Origin: Meyerozyma guilliermondii
Taxonomy: Eukaryota
NCBI GenBank assembly: GCA_051546255.1
Contig: CP128822.1
Coordinates: forward strand, 372,001-436,000
DNA length: 64,000 nt
Direction of reading: 5' to 3'
A program made the translations under genes and the position numbers. Below the pieces are notes generated by a model. The model made no database searches. It saw only the letters and a program-made list of their open reading frames with translations, and was not told where the DNA came from. How positions within the stretch are numbered: the first letter of the stretch is position 1; the number at the start of each line of letters is the position of its first letter. Below, one piece after another: positions 1 through 11,847 of this stretch.

Positions 1-1324
1 ATTTTGATACGTTAAGGCCACCTTCCTGAAATGCCTTCACTTTCGCAATAACAGAAGAAATGTCCGCTTCAACGTCACGTTTATATTGAGCTTGCATCAG
101 ACGAAGAGAAGTGAATTGTTGCTTCAAGGAAGTTATTTCTTCGATACCTAACACATTAGTGGGCTGAGTTGTGCCTTCTTTCGTCGTCTCGTTGACCTTC
201 TTGGGCTGTAGAGCCAAGTTGCCTATTTGTGCAGCAAGATCAGCGTACTGCAATTCTTGAACTTGCCTCAACGCATTTATGGCCTTTAATAATTCCTGGT
301 TGGACAGATCACTCTCCAGAGGTAATTTCAATGTTAGAATACTTCCCTCCTCTATATCTACGAGACTCTGTTCTTCTAACTCGTAGGCAACAGATGTGCT
401 GGGGTCTGTAATATAAATGCTGGGAAAAGAATCCAGGCCCGGAGAATATGCAAACTTCTCGACGAATAATAACCGTAAAGAGGCGAAGGTGACGCTTCCG
501 TGTATTTGAGCTTTCTTTGTGTTGTCCTTCAATCGAAGAAAAATCGTCTTAGTATTGTTGACCTTCTGTGGTGGTGAAGAAGAACGCTTATCTGCATGCT
601 TCTCTCTAATGGCTTCTTTCTCTGTAGTTGATTCAGTCGTTTCCAATACCGGTAAGGCAGTTGGTATCGATGCAGGAGACATACTAGTGAGTTTGGCATA
701 CTGATAAGCACTAAATCTCTTCGAGGCACGTCTTTGCAAAAAGTTTCCACTTTGAAGTTGACTCAAGGCGTCGCTAGAATCGGATTGCAGAGACGTGGAG
801 GGAGTCTCTATCTTAGAATTCAAATGACGCGTTATTGATTCCGCAGATAACAGCTTGGAGGCTCTAGACGTACCTTCAGACTTTTCCTGCAATCTCGGCT
901 TTTCAATTGCAATGCTCCTTGCTTTGATCTGCTTGCTCTTCAAATTCTGCAATAAGGTCACTATGATATTTCTGATATTAGGTAAAAATCTATCAAGATT
1001 TTCTGGACTTGGTGATTCACTGAGAGCGGCTTCTAAAATAATACGCAATGCTTGTGGTACGTCGCCGATATCAGAGAAGTCCACACCAGCGTTGGTGAAC
1101 GCTCGAGAAGCGGCACGGAAATCATTGCCTAATTTGACATAAGCATCCGACACGTACTTATCATCAGCTTCTTTACGTGACCATTGAGTCAAACTCTCTA
1201 ACAAGTGTTTAGTTGACACTAAAAGCCTCGTTACACTGGATTCTATGGTGCTAGACGACAGCCGTCTCGAAGAACGTCTGGAGTTGTTATCCACAGCTTC
1301 TTGAGCACCAGTGACATCAGACAT
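1..1324 (-). CDS. BUD6: Bud6/Aip3 actin-interacting polarisome protein, 5' part; the gene runs off the left edge of the window
   Basis: Not in the ORF track, presumably because it has no stop inside the window. Hand translation from the ATG at 1324 gives MSDVTGAQEAVDNNSRRSSRR...STIESSVTRLLVSTKHLLESLTQWSRKEADDKYVSDAYVKLGNDFRAASRAFTNAGVD, the conserved Aip3/Bud6 N-terminal domain. Confidence 0.9.
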   Translation of the reverse strand, partial: MSDVTGAQEAVDNNSRRSSRRLSSSTIESSVTRLLVSTKHLLESLTQWSRKEADDKYVSDAYVKLGNDFRAASRAFTNAGVDFSDIGDVPQALRIILEAALSESPSPENLDRFLPNIRNIIVTLLQNLKSKQIKARSIAIEKPRLQEKSEGTSRASKLLSAESITRHLNSKIETPSTSLQSDSSDALSQLQSGNFLQRRASKRFSAYQYAKLTSMSPASIPTALPVLETTESTTEKEAIREKHADKRSSSPPQKVNNTKTIFLRLKDNTKKAQIHGSVTFASLRLLFVEKFAYSPGLDSFPSIYITDPSTSVAYELEEQSLVDIEEGSILTLKLPLESDLSNQELLKAINALRQVQELQYADLAAQIGNLALQPKKVNETTKEGTTQPTNVLGIEEITSLKQQFTSLRLMQAQYKRDVEADISSVIAKVKAFQEGGLNVSK

Positions 1325-1463
1325 TATGGGTCAAAGATGAACAGTAGACTCCGTTTCACTTATGCTGCGTTTGAAATAGAGACAAACAGTTCACAATTAA
1401 TTATATTTGATGAACTACATGCAGGTCGAGATAGAAAAATCACTGAAAGCACTATGAAATTCA

Positions 1464-4400
1464 CTATGAAAACCACTTTTTGATGATGCCCATATCGGAA
1501 GGATACTTCAGTAGCAATGCATTGGCATCAGCCTGGGACATAGATCCCAAAAGTTCCCTAGTAGCTACAGAAACTCTTTCTGCCGTCTCGCCAGCAATTG
1601 ATCCTTGAGCGAGAGCTTGGACAACGGAATCGAACACTTTAGGAACCTGATGAACAACTGAGGGATGTCGGTTTCGCACAAGCTCACTCAAAAAGGTGTA
1701 AACATATGCTGCCGCCTCATCATCTTGAACTACGGGCAAGAGACATACCCATTGTTGCAAAAGCACATCCAAGTTTGGTACTGAGGCTCCCAAACGGTGA
1801 CAAATTTTTGCAATTGCAGCAACCGCATTTTCAGTAGCTACCGCATTCTCGTCTGCACGAGCGTCTGGAATAGAGGCCATCTTGAAAATAGGCTCGAGGC
1901 AAGCGATACAGAAATCAGAGTAAACATTGCCATTTTGAGAAGCGACACCCACGGCATAAAATGCTGCATGGCGCACACTAGCATGAGCGGAGTTCAATGA
2001 CTCTGCAACTGTGGTCATGAATATATCCTTCCAAGCAGCGGACTCACTTCCGCCATACTCCAACAAGTCAGATACAATCCACAAACCACACACTTTAACG
2101 TTGATATTTTCATCCTTGATGAAGGTAGCAATTGTGGGTGTCAATTCTTGGAAAGCTTTGAGGAAGTGAGATTTTGCGTTTTTGAAAATAGCAGTAATCA
2201 AGGAATGACTCTCATCTAAAAGCTCCTCGTCGGAATATTCTTCATCTTCAACATCCACATCTTCTGTGTATTCGTTTTCATCCTTCTCGAAACTTTTGAG
2301 TCTGGCGTAAATTCGCATCAAGTTGGAATTAATAGATGATGCCAAAGCTTGAAGCTGAGACTCTTCCAACGAATTGGGACCTAACACGTTGATACACTCA
2401 ACAAGAGAAGAGTAGTAGGCCACTAATATTTCTGATACCGGATCACTTTCGGAGACTACTATCAACTTGTCAGAAATTAACCTCCATAATTGCAAGGTAT
2501 CATTAGACTCAGAACCAGTTGCATAAACAGAGCAGCGTAACATGGCCGCAAGAGTTAAGGCTGCGGCACCACGTACACCATCATGCATAAAAAAGTCGAG
2601 GGCAGGAATGCAAATATCCGTGACAATCTCCTTAACCCACGGATTGAAGGAACCCTTTAATTGGACAGCATAGGTTCGCAACAAATCTAACGCCACTACC
2701 TTGCTATCCAAGGATGCCATATGAACTGCAATATTCTTTCCAGAAATACTGATTACATCCCACTCATCATTGTTTCTGAACTCCTCAACATCTTCTTCTT
2801 CCAAAAGAGCCAAATCTTGTGCCACCTTTGCCGCAGTTAACAATGGAGGAAGTACCGCAGGTAAATAGGGTAAGAAATCAGGCCCCATCAAACGACAGAT
2901 TCTACTCCATCCTTGTTCTAAGTATGACTTCACAGGGTCATCTTCCTCGAGAGCATACTCTTGAAGACTGCCCAAAAGTTGAATAAGTTCTTGACAATGG
3001 GGAGCAAACTTTTCCTTGCCGACTGCAAGTGCGATCAATGTAGCACATTCAATGCATTTACCCTTGAGCATCCTGTTTTCAGTACCCATGTCAGTCTTGA
3101 GCACATCAGTTAAAAGGGGCATAAGGGTGTCGTAGTACTTGATAAACTTGGTTTCTGCAGCATCTGCGATGATTGCGATGGTAGTGAGCACTTGCTCTTG
3201 GACGTATCGTTTTGGAGATTGCAACAAACCCAACAAGTTAGTCAAGAGATCATCCAAATAAGGCTCCAACACATCTTTTGTGGCGGCTTCCGAAAAATTT
3301 ACCAATGCAGCAGCTGCATGAGCTTGGACTCGAGGGACAGACTTATTAGTGAGCTTAGATATCAAACCAGGTAAAATTCTGTTACCTTCAGTTCGCTGAA
3401 TCACATCCGAAAAATCGGTGGACATTTGACCCAAAGCATTACAACTGGCATATTGGACACGAGGGTGATTGTCTTGTAATGTAGGCAAAACAAGATCTAA
3501 AATTCTCGGGATTTCTGCGATAAGGACATCTGAGCACCCCTCAGCAGCGGAGGATAATGCCATGAGTGCCGCTTGCCTTTGCCTCCAATCGTCAGACAGT
3601 ATTAGCATAGGCAAATAATTGAATAAGGGAGTTGCGATGGCCATTCCATTGAGTTTCAAAGATACTCGATCTAAGGCTTGACGAGCTGCGTCATACTCTG
3701 GCTCCAATTCTCCATCGTCGAGATCGGAGCTGTTGTTCCATTCAGCGGCATCATCATCGTCTATACAGACCTCTGTCAACATGAGCAACGTTATCTCGAC
3801 CATGGTATTGGTAAACGTGGGAGTCTTCTTGCACATGGCAGGAGAAACTTCAGAGAATGTTGTTAGCAATTCAAGGGCTCCCATTCTTGCGCTTGAATCC
3901 AAATCTTTGTTTCTAGCCACGGCAGCGCAAAACTCAATAATGGTGGGGAACATATCTTTGAACATTTTTGGAGCCAATTCAACAAGATCGATAAGGGAAG
4001 CCAAGATAGACGACAATGCAAAGTCTTTACCATTCTGTAGGAAACGAGGTAATGAATTCATAAGGTTTGGTAACAACGGAGCATGTGATGCATAGGTCTT
4101 GCGAGGAAGCTCGCGAAAGAAGGCAACGAAGGCAGTACAAGCCGCAACACAGACGTCGTCATCTTCATCTGCAAAACCAGCATTGAAAACAGGGAGTATT
4201 GCCTCATGATTTTCTTTACCGATAAGTTCTGGAGCATTTGAAAAGACACGAAATGCGGACTCACGATAACTGGCATCGCTGTGTCTCGTAGCTTCAATTA
4301 AAGATGGAAGAAGATCATTCCAAGTTCCAGCCGGTGACGAGTCCTCTTTGGCAACTTCAGAGATTGCATCGGCCAATTTGTGGCGTATTTGCTTGCTTTT

Positions 4401-4736
4401 CACAGAGAGGAATCCATTCAATAACGTCGAACGTATCTGTTGGCGAACAGGCTCACTTATCACGTCTATAGTTCTATCAGTCACATTGGACCATTCTTTT
4501 GGTGACTTGATTGCAACCCTTCTAAACAAGACGGCACAAAACGCTTGTATTGTCTGGTCCGTCGAGGTACAGGCGGCTTCAGCCAAATATAAGAGAAGCA
4601 TCTCAATTTCTTTACCCAGTGACCATTCTGAATCAAGGGTTTGCTCAGCCTTCGATCTCAATGCATTGTCGGCAGAGGCCAAATAAGTAACTAACTCGGC
4701 CAAACTAGCTTGGGCCTCTGCTGGAATAAATGACAT
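1464..4736 (-). CDS. PSE1: Importin beta-3 / karyopherin Kap121 (HEAT repeats)
   Basis: About 1090 aa of HEAT repeats with IPO5/Pse1 motifs (HPRVQYASCNALGQMSTDF, RVQAHAAAALVNFSE). First ATG is at 4736; the ORF track starts at an upstream TTG. Confidence 0.93.
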   Translation of the reverse strand: MSFIPAEAQASLAELVTYLASADNALRSKAEQTLDSEWSLGKEIEMLLLYLAEAACTSTDQTIQAFCAVLFRRVAIKSPKEWSNVTDRTIDVISEPVRQQIRSTLLNGFLSVKSKQIRHKLADAISEVAKEDSSPAGTWNDLLPSLIEATRHSDASYRESAFRVFSNAPELIGKENHEAILPVFNAGFADEDDDVCVAACTAFVAFFRELPRKTYASHAPLLPNLMNSLPRFLQNGKDFALSSILASLIDLVELAPKMFKDMFPTIIEFCAAVARNKDLDSSARMGALELLTTFSEVSPAMCKKTPTFTNTMVEITLLMLTEVCIDDDDAAEWNNSSDLDDGELEPEYDAARQALDRVSLKLNGMAIATPLFNYLPMLILSDDWRQRQAALMALSSAAEGCSDVLIAEIPRILDLVLPTLQDNHPRVQYASCNALGQMSTDFSDVIQRTEGNRILPGLISKLTNKSVPRVQAHAAAALVNFSEAATKDVLEPYLDDLLTNLLGLLQSPKRYVQEQVLTTIAIIADAAETKFIKYYDTLMPLLTDVLKTDMGTENRMLKGKCIECATLIALAVGKEKFAPHCQELIQLLGSLQEYALEEDDPVKSYLEQGWSRICRLMGPDFLPYLPAVLPPLLTAAKVAQDLALLEEEDVEEFRNNDEWDVISISGKNIAVHMASLDSKVVALDLLRTYAVQLKGSFNPWVKEIVTDICIPALDFFMHDGVRGAAALTLAAMLRCSVYATGSESNDTLQLWRLISDKLIVVSESDPVSEILVAYYSSLVECINVLGPNSLEESQLQALASSINSNLMRIYARLKSFEKDENEYTEDVDVEDEEYSDEELLDESHSLITAIFKNAKSHFLKAFQELTPTIATFIKDENINVKVCGLWIVSDLLEYGGSESAAWKDIFMTTVAESLNSAHASVRHAAFYAVGVASQNGNVYSDFCIACLEPIFKMASIPDARADENAVATENAVAAIAKICHRLGASVPNLDVLLQQWVCLLPVVQDDEAAAYVYTFLSELVRNRHPSVVHQVPKVFDSVVQALAQGSIAGETAERVSVATRELLGSMSQADANALLLKYPSDMGIIKKWFS

Positions 4737-4990
4737 ACTACTGGTTAACAATTCGGTTTAATACTAATAACGGCTAGTTGTAACTGCGGTCATAGAATAA
4801 ATAAACGAATATATGGGAACTTGAAGATGACTGAATTAATTCAGCATCCACGGGTAACTGCCAGCGACGTATTCGTTTTGTATCACTGTTTGAAAAATTC
4901 TCGTTGAGCGCGCACGTGATCACACAAGAAGTTGAAGGTCGCTATAGGGTCAATGGTTTACTATTAATAGACATTATATACATTTCAGTT

Positions 4991-6094
4991 CTATTTCTTG
5001 AGAATTGTAATGACATCTTCGTCTTCCAACTGATGACTTAAACCAACAATTTGAGGCTGGTGCTTCACGGATGTACCGTAAACCAATGCGTTTCGGAAAT
5101 CAGAAACTAACGATTTGTGAATGGAGTTACAGAAGTCCTCCACTGTACACCTATCACTTCGAAGCACAACGGGCTCCGAAAAGTCTGGAAGCTTTCCTTT
5201 CGGCTTTGTGTATACTCTCACCAACTGCAATTTCGACCACATGAGTTCAAGCAAGTCGTCAAGATTCCAACCGTTTCCAGACGAAATTGGAATAGCATTT
5301 GGTATCTTATAAAGTAAGTCCAATTCCTGAATTGAAAACGAGTCAATTTTATTGAGCACGTAAATGGCTGGAATGTATCTTCTTGATTTCTCCTCGATTG
5401 CGTCGATTAAATCATCGACGGTGGCATCGCACCGAAATGCGATATTGGCAGAGTTGATTTTGTATTCAGACATCACCGCTCTGATTTCATCGTTGTCCAA
5501 ATGTGTAAGAGGGACTGTGTTTGTGATATTTATACCCCCCCTCTCCTTCTTTGTTATGACGATATTTGGCTTTTCCTTGTTTATTCTGATTCCCACTCCC
5601 TCTAGCTCGTGCTCGATGATTCTCTTATGCTGCAAGGGTTTGTTCACATCCAACACTAAGAATAACAAGTTAACTGACCGAGCCACGGCAATGACTTGTT
5701 TACCTCTACCTTTACCATCCTTGGCTCCCTCGATAATACCAGGCAAATCCAACATCTGAAGCTTTGCACCCTTGTACTTAATGATACCAGGGACAGTGGT
5801 CAAGGTCGTAAATTCGTATGCAGCAGCTTCAGAATGTGTGCCAGTCAACTTTGATAGCAACGTAGATTTACCCACCGATGGGAACCCTACAAAACCAATA
5901 GTTGCTACTCCTGTTCTCGCCACATCGAATCCCATTCCTCCTCCACCTCCACCAGAGGATCCATCTGTGAGAAGTTCACGACGCAACTTCGCGAGTTTTG
6001 CCTTTAGCTGACCCAAGTGAAAAGAGGTGGCCTTATTCTTTTGTGTACGGGCCATCTCATCCTCGATGGCTTTGATTTTTTCCACCGTCGTCAT
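4991..6094 (-). CDS. RBG1: DRG-family ribosome-binding GTPase
   Basis: [24 protein letters not shown]-terminus, GFPSVGKS P-loop, DLPG and NKID motifs, C-terminal TGS domain. Confidence 0.93.
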   Translation of the reverse strand: MTTVEKIKAIEDEMARTQKNKATSFHLGQLKAKLAKLRRELLTDGSSGGGGGGMGFDVARTGVATIGFVGFPSVGKSTLLSKLTGTHSEAAAYEFTTLTTVPGIIKYKGAKLQMLDLPGIIEGAKDGKGRGKQVIAVARSVNLLFLVLDVNKPLQHKRIIEHELEGVGIRINKEKPNIVITKKERGGINITNTVPLTHLDNDEIRAVMSEYKINSANIAFRCDATVDDLIDAIEEKSRRYIPAIYVLNKIDSFSIQELDLLYKIPNAIPISSGNGWNLDDLLELMWSKLQLVRVYTKPKGKLPDFSEPVVLRSDRCTVEDFCNSIHKSLVSDFRNALVYGTSVKHQPQIVGLSHQLEDEDVITILKK

Positions 6095-6231
6095 GTTGAA
6101 TAGAGTTGTAGTGCAACCTCTGAAACTTCTGCTTGAAAAAAATTAGTGTCGTGCGAAGTCAAGGACTGGAAAAAAAAGGTTGAGCATCGCCAACTATTAG
6201 TGTCCCTCATAACTAATTCATATTAATTGAA

Positions 6232-9200
6232 ATGGGGAAGAAAAGCAAGAAGGGAGCCGCCGGTGGCGACATCTGGGACGACGAAGAGTTGGCTCAGGAT
6301 ATGCCACAAGCCGAAGAATTCGGGACTACTAATGAAGATACAGCAACACCAGAGTCTGCGGAAGATCTGAATGATTTCTTATCATCTATACGTAGTTCCA
6401 AGAAGAAAAAGGAAGAAAAGGAAGATGAGAAGGCCAAGGCAAAGGATGGACCTAGGGTTTTGACCAAAAAGGAGAAAGAAAAGTTGAAAAAAGAGGCTGA
6501 AAAGCAAATGAAGAAAGAGCAGGCAGCCAAGAAGAAGGCCCAGCAGGCTAATAAGAAGGAGCAGATTAAGGAAGCCAACAAGCAACAAGCAGCAGCTGCA
6601 TCTTCGAACACACCAACCCCAGAACCCGAAGAGACAGAGGAGAAACCAAAGCCAGCACCAAAGAAGGCAGGTAAGAAAGTACCTGGTGGTCTTGCTGCTC
6701 TTAAGCGCCAATTGGAACTCAAAAAGCAGTTGGAAGAGGAACAAAGACGTCTCGAGGAGGAAGAAGAGATGCGCCTTGTAGAAGAGCAAAAGCGTGCTGA
6801 AGAAGAGAAAGCTAAGCAAGAGGCTGACAGAGCAGCAAAGAAGGAAAAGGAGCGCTTGAAGAAGGAAAAGTTGAAGGCAGAAGGTAAACTTTTAACCAAG
6901 AAACAGAAGGAAGAAAAGAAATTACAAGAACGCCGCAGGGAACAATTATTACAGGGTAATGTTTCCATTCCTGGATTGCAGCAAGAACCGTCAGCTCGTC
7001 CAAGTAAGGTGGTTTACACCAAGAAGAAATCCTCCAAGACCAAGAATTTCCTTGAAAATAAATTCGTGGCACCAAGCAAGCCTGAAAATGACAAGTCAGC
7101 ATCGAAGAAAGAAGATCTTGCAGATGATGACGAGGAAGAGTTAGTGGAGGATTGGGAAGCTATGGCCATCGACGAACCGGTTGCCGATGATTGGGAGTTG
7201 GCATTGGAAGATGATGCTGACCAGGACGGAGACAATGTTGACGAAAAGGAAATCACTGCTCAAAAGGCCAAGGAAGAGGAGGAAAAAAAAGCAAGAGAGG
7301 AGGCCGAAAGGCGAAAAGAAGAAGAGATCCGATCCAAGAAGGAAGCAGCAGCAAAGGCAGAGGAAGAGAGAAGGAAGCAAGAAGAGGAACTGAAAGCTCT
7401 TTCGAACAAGAAGGGTGCCGCCCCTCCTGTTCAAAAGGATTTAAGATCCCCTATTTGTTGTATTTTAGGTCATGTTGATACAGGTAAGACCAAATTATTG
7501 GATAAGATCCGTCAAACTAATGTTCAAGGAGGTGAGGCTGGAGGTATCACTCAACAGATTGGTGCCACGTATTTCCCTGTTGATGCCATCAAGCAAAAAA
7601 CCGCTGTTATGTCTCAGTTCGAGAAACAAACATTCGAAGTTCCAGGTTTGTTGATTATCGATACCCCAGGTCACGAGTCTTTCACTAACTTGAGATCTCG
7701 TGGTTCGTCCTTGTGTAACATTGCCATCTTGGTGATTGATATAATGCATGGATTGGAGCAACAAACACTCGAATCTATCAGGTTATTGAGAGACAGGAAA
7801 GCTCCCTTTATTGTTGCATTGAACAAGATAGATAGGTTGTACGACTGGGACTCAACGCCAAACAACTCTTTCCGTGACTCGTTTGCCAAACAAAAGAAGC
7901 CTGTAAAGGCTGAGTTCGAGAGCAGACTTGAACAGATTAAAGTCGCATTAGCTGAACAGGGTTTGAACTCCGAGTTGTATTTCCAAAACAAGTCGTTGTC
8001 GAAGTACGTCTCTATTGTTCCTACTTCGGCTGTCACCGGAGAAGGTGTTCCTGATTTATTGTGGTTATTACTCGAGTTGACCCAGAAGAGAATGTCGAAG
8101 CAATTGATGTACTTGTCCAAGGTTGAAGCAACCATTTTGGAAGTCAAGGTCGTTGAGGGATTCGGCTACACCATTGATGTGGTTCTTTCAAATGGTATCT
8201 TAAAGGAAGGAGACCGAGTGGTATTATGTGGTTTGAATGGACCTATTGCAACAAATATCAGAGCACTTTTAACTCCTCCACCCTCAAGAGAATTGAGAAT
8301 TAAGTCTGAGTATGTGCACCATAAGGAAGTGAAAGCTGCCTTAGGTGTGAAGATTGCTGCAAACGATTTAGAAAAGGCTGTGGCTGGATCTCGTTTGATT
8401 GTGGTCAACGAAGGGGATGACGAGGAAGAAATTATGGAAGAAGTCATGGATGACTTGACGGGCTTGTTAGACTCTGTTGATACTTCTGGAAAGGGAGTGG
8501 TTGTTCAAGCTTCTACTTTGGGTTCATTGGAAGCTTTGCTTGACTTCTTAAAAGACATGAAGATTCCTGTTATGTCTATTGGTTTGGGTCCAGTTTTCAA
8601 GAGAGATGTCATGAAAGCAACAACAATGTTGGAAAAAGCTCCCGAATACGCAGTAATGCTTTGTTTTGATGTTAAGGTTGACAAGGAAGCCGAACTCTAT
8701 GCTGAGGAACAAAACATCAAAATCTTCAACGCTGATATCATCTACCATTTGTTTGATGCTTTTACCGCTTACCAAGAGAAGTTAATGGAGATAAGACGTC
8801 GTGACTTCCTTGAGTACGCCATTTTCCCCTGTGTTTTGAAGACTATCCAAATCATTAACAAGCGTAACCCTATGATTATTGGTGTCGATGTCTTGGAAGG
8901 TGCTGTGAGAATTGGAACGCCAATTTGTGCCGTTCGTCAAGACCCTACTACCAAACAACCCAATGTTATGGTTCTTGGAAAGGTGGTATCTTTGGAAGTG
9001 AACCACAAGTCATTGGATATCGTGAAGAAAGGACAAACCTCCGCTGGTGTTGCCATGCGTTTGGAAAACCCATCGGCAGCCCAACCAACTTGGGGTCGTC
9101 ACGTCGACGAGAGCGATAACTTGTACTCCTTGATCTCCCGTAAATCTATTGACACCCTTAAGGATCCTGCATTCCGTGACTCAGTTACTAGAGATGACTG

Positions 9201-9243
9201 GCTCTTGATCAAGAAATTGAAGTCCGTCTTCGACATTAAGTAG
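6232..9243 (+). CDS. FUN12: Translation initiation factor eIF5B
   Basis: Charged N-terminus followed by [25 protein letters not shown] and NKID GTPase motifs. Confidence 0.97.
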   Translation: MGKKSKKGAAGGDIWDDEELAQDMPQAEEFGTTNEDTATPESAEDLNDFLSSIRSSKKKKEEKEDEKAKAKDGPRVLTKKEKEKLKKEAEKQMKKEQAAKKKAQQANKKEQIKEANKQQAAAASSNTPTPEPEETEEKPKPAPKKAGKKVPGGLAALKRQLELKKQLEEEQRRLEEEEEMRLVEEQKRAEEEKAKQEADRAAKKEKERLKKEKLKAEGKLLTKKQKEEKKLQERRREQLLQGNVSIPGLQQEPSARPSKVVYTKKKSSKTKNFLENKFVAPSKPENDKSASKKEDLADDDEEELVEDWEAMAIDEPVADDWELALEDDADQDGDNVDEKEITAQKAKEEEEKKAREEAERRKEEEIRSKKEAAAKAEEERRKQEEELKALSNKKGAAPPVQKDLRSPICCILGHVDTGKTKLLDKIRQTNVQGGEAGGITQQIGATYFPVDAIKQKTAVMSQFEKQTFEVPGLLIIDTPGHESFTNLRSRGSSLCNIAILVIDIMHGLEQQTLESIRLLRDRKAPFIVALNKIDRLYDWDSTPNNSFRDSFAKQKKPVKAEFESRLEQIKVALAEQGLNSELYFQNKSLSKYVSIVPTSAVTGEGVPDLLWLLLELTQKRMSKQLMYLSKVEATILEVKVVEGFGYTIDVVLSNGILKEGDRVVLCGLNGPIATNIRALLTPPPSRELRIKSEYVHHKEVKAALGVKIAANDLEKAVAGSRLIVVNEGDDEEEIMEEVMDDLTGLLDSVDTSGKGVVVQASTLGSLEALLDFLKDMKIPVMSIGLGPVFKRDVMKATTMLEKAPEYAVMLCFDVKVDKEAELYAEEQNIKIFNADIIYHLFDAFTAYQEKLMEIRRRDFLEYAIFPCVLKTIQIINKRNPMIIGVDVLEGAVRIGTPICAVRQDPTTKQPNVMVLGKVVSLEVNHKSLDIVKKGQTSAGVAMRLENPSAAQPTWGRHVDESDNLYSLISRKSIDTLKDPAFRDSVTRDDWLLIKKLKSVFDIK

Positions 9244-9379
9244 CTGATTAAAATACAAATGAACATATACTGACCAAATGTAGCATACTTCCCAATTAGG
9301 CAGTCAACGACCGCCAATAGATTTTCACCAAATCGCACAAGTAATTTCGCGGAACTAACTTCTACCATATCTGTTGGCA

Positions 9380-9766
9380 ATGCAAGATTTACCACCTATC
9401 GGAGGCTATGAGCCTGTACAATGGAAAAGAAATCTTCCTTCGAGAGGATTTCGTGCCTCCATATACTTTTGGGGTATAGCTGGAGTCATGGCATTTGGTT
9501 TTTACAGATACTATAAGGGTGTGGATGAGCAAAGAGAGTTGTCCAGAGAGAGACAATGGGCTCGTTTCTATTTGGAGCCTTTGTTGCTTGCTGAAGAAGA
9601 TAGAAATACTGCTAGAAGATTCTTTTCTGAGAAAGCAAGACAAGACTTGGTTAAGGAATCAATGTCGCCAGAGACGAGAGCCAAGTTTGAAGAAGAAATT
9701 TACAATGACAAGTCCAAGGTTAGATTTCCTAGATACGTTGCCGGAGTTCATCCCTCTGAGAGGTAG
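9380..9766 (+). CDS. Mitochondrial complex I accessory subunit NDUFA13 / GRIM-19 (NB6M, B16.6)
   Basis: MQDLPPIGGYEPVQWKRNLPSRG signature, one TM helix and PLLLAEEDR motif. Confidence 0.9.
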   Translation: MQDLPPIGGYEPVQWKRNLPSRGFRASIYFWGIAGVMAFGFYRYYKGVDEQRELSRERQWARFYLEPLLLAEEDRNTARRFFSEKARQDLVKESMSPETRAKFEEEIYNDKSKVRFPRYVAGVHPSER

Positions 9767-10034
9767 AGGCCTGAAAGGTGTCTTGATAACCTTAAGTCAA
9801 CTTTTGCATAAAAGTTTCCTGCAATTAGAAGAAACTTTCAACGAGTGGCCGGTACATCAACTATTGTGCGTGTCTTCTAGTACCAAAATAACTGTATAAT
9901 TAATGAAATAAGGCCATTTTAGACTCTTGCCCGTTCCTTACTGGATGTAGTCACCTCTAGATAATATTGTCAGATGCAGTACTCGGTTGTACTCGGTCCG
10001 CTCTTTGCTTGAAATTTGAATCTCTCTACAAGAT

Positions 10035-10967
10035 ATGTCCTCAAAGATAACTACCAAGGAGCAGGTAAAGAAGCTCTTAGACAGCTACGACTATTTCTTG
10101 TTCGACTGTGATGGCGTTCTTTGGTTGGGAGACCATATCTTGCCTTTTGTAAAAGAGACACTCGACTTGTTGAAGTCACTCGATAAGAGAGTGATTTTTG
10201 TCACCAACAACTCTACCAAGTCCCGTAAAGACTACAGAGGAAAATTTGAGAAGCTTGGAATTCCCGGAATTCAAGAGAATGAAATCTTTGGGTCCTCGTA
10301 TGCTCTGGCAGTTTATGTTGACAAAATCCTCAAGCTTCCAAAAGACAAAAAAGTATGGGTTCTCGGAGAGACAGGTATTGAGAGAGAATTGCAAGAGTTA
10401 GGGTACGCAACCGTCGGTGGAAGTGACCCGAAGCTAGACGAAACCGGTATTCTTCCCGCCGATAGTGAAGCAGTGAATAACTTGGACCCTGAAGTTGGAG
10501 CAGTTGTCGCAGGCTTGACTTTGCTGGTGAACTATATCAAGCTTTCGGCTACAATGCAATATTTATTGAAGGACAACAAATCAATCCCCTTCATTGCAAC
10601 CAACATAGACTCTACATTCCCGATGAAGGGAAAGCTCATGATTGGTGCGGGCTCTCTTATCGAATCCGTAGCATATGCAAGCGGCAGACAGCCAGATGCA
10701 GTGTGCGGTAAACCAAACCAAGCAATGATGAATTCTATCAAGGCTGCTAATCCTGATTTACAAGCGAAACCTGGACGCGGGTTGATGGTAGGTGACAGGT
10801 TGAATACTGATATGAAGTTTGGTCGCGATGGAGGATTGGATACGTTATTGGTGTTGACAGGCATTGAGACTGAAGAGTCATTGAAGCAACTCGACCCGAA
10901 TGAGGCCCCAACGTACTACGCTTCGAAGATTGGCGACATATATGAACTCGCTGGTCCAAACAATTAG
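10035..10967 (+). CDS. PHO13: HAD-IIA p-nitrophenyl / phosphoglycolate phosphatase (Pho13/Pho15 family)
   Basis: FDCDGVLW, TNNSTKSR, GKP and GDRLNTD HAD motifs. Confidence 0.88.
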   Translation: MSSKITTKEQVKKLLDSYDYFLFDCDGVLWLGDHILPFVKETLDLLKSLDKRVIFVTNNSTKSRKDYRGKFEKLGIPGIQENEIFGSSYALAVYVDKILKLPKDKKVWVLGETGIERELQELGYATVGGSDPKLDETGILPADSEAVNNLDPEVGAVVAGLTLLVNYIKLSATMQYLLKDNKSIPFIATNIDSTFPMKGKLMIGAGSLIESVAYASGRQPDAVCGKPNQAMMNSIKAANPDLQAKPGRGLMVGDRLNTDMKFGRDGGLDTLLVLTGIETEESLKQLDPNEAPTYYASKIGDIYELAGPNN

Positions 10968-11329
10968 ATGTGTTAAATATAGATCTAGACTTGAGCGCGC
11001 ACGGCTTTGTGTAACAAATTAGTGTGATGTCAGTGACGTTTTTTGTCTCCGTCCCCTGTCATTACCAATCGAGGAGCGGCGTTAAACCTAGTGTTTTAAA
11101 GGTCACATACAGATCACTAAGGAATCTAGAGCTCTTCTTGATATTTTGAGTTGTAGATAATAATATAACAAGGAATATTGCACACACGACCCTAACGTAT
11201 AACCGTTGAATGTTTTGAAGTCTCAATTGTGAGTGGACACGAACTTGACTTTCAAACCGTTTAGCGAAACTTAATAAATTAACGCAATTGTTTACAGCAC
11301 AGCTGGTATATCACACATCTAACAGCTCA

Positions 11330-11773
11330 ATGTCCGAAGAAAAGAAGAGCAAGCTCCAGGAAAGTGGATTGATTGAGTGGCCAGTCTTCTCCGAGCTTAT
11401 TGCAATGGATGAGGATGAGGAAGGATTCTCCAAGTCTTTGTTTCAAACATTCGTCGACCAATTCGTTGAAACGTGTCATGATCTCGAATTGAACTTAAAA
11501 GAACAAAACTTGGACAAACTATCTGGACTAGGACACTATTTAAAAGGTTCAGCAGCTGCATTGGGACTCGAAAAAATCTCTAACGAATGTGAACGTATTC
11601 AGAATTACGGTAAAAAAATCAACTTTGACAACTTCAAGTTGGAAGACAGCAGTTTGGGAGAAGACGACGATGAATTTTGGATCAAGCTAATTGGAGATGC
11701 ATTACAAAAGGCCAGAGACAATTTTGATCAGGCAAAGAAAGCTCTTAATGACTACTTTGACGATGAGCTCTGA
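11330..11773 (+). CDS. YPD1: Histidine phosphotransfer (HPt) protein of the Sln1-Ypd1-Ssk1 phosphorelay
   Basis: LSGLGHYLKGSAAALGL HPt motif carrying the phospho-accepting His. First ATG is at 11330. Confidence 0.92.
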   Translation: MSEEKKSKLQESGLIEWPVFSELIAMDEDEEGFSKSLFQTFVDQFVETCHDLELNLKEQNLDKLSGLGHYLKGSAAALGLEKISNECERIQNYGKKINFDNFKLEDSSLGEDDDEFWIKLIGDALQKARDNFDQAKKALNDYFDDEL

Positions 11774-11847
11774 TATGTCCTATATAATCAAGGTTCTACC
11801 TTGGAACCCCACTTCAATAAGCTTGATGCTGAGAAATACACTAGAAA

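Noticed and set aside
229..1142. Short ORFs at the window start
   Set aside because: They overlap the real BUD6 frame on the minus strand.
6294..7434. Several minus-strand Phe/Ser/Leu-rich ORFs
   Set aside because: They are antisense shadows of the Lys/Glu-rich eIF5B N-terminus.
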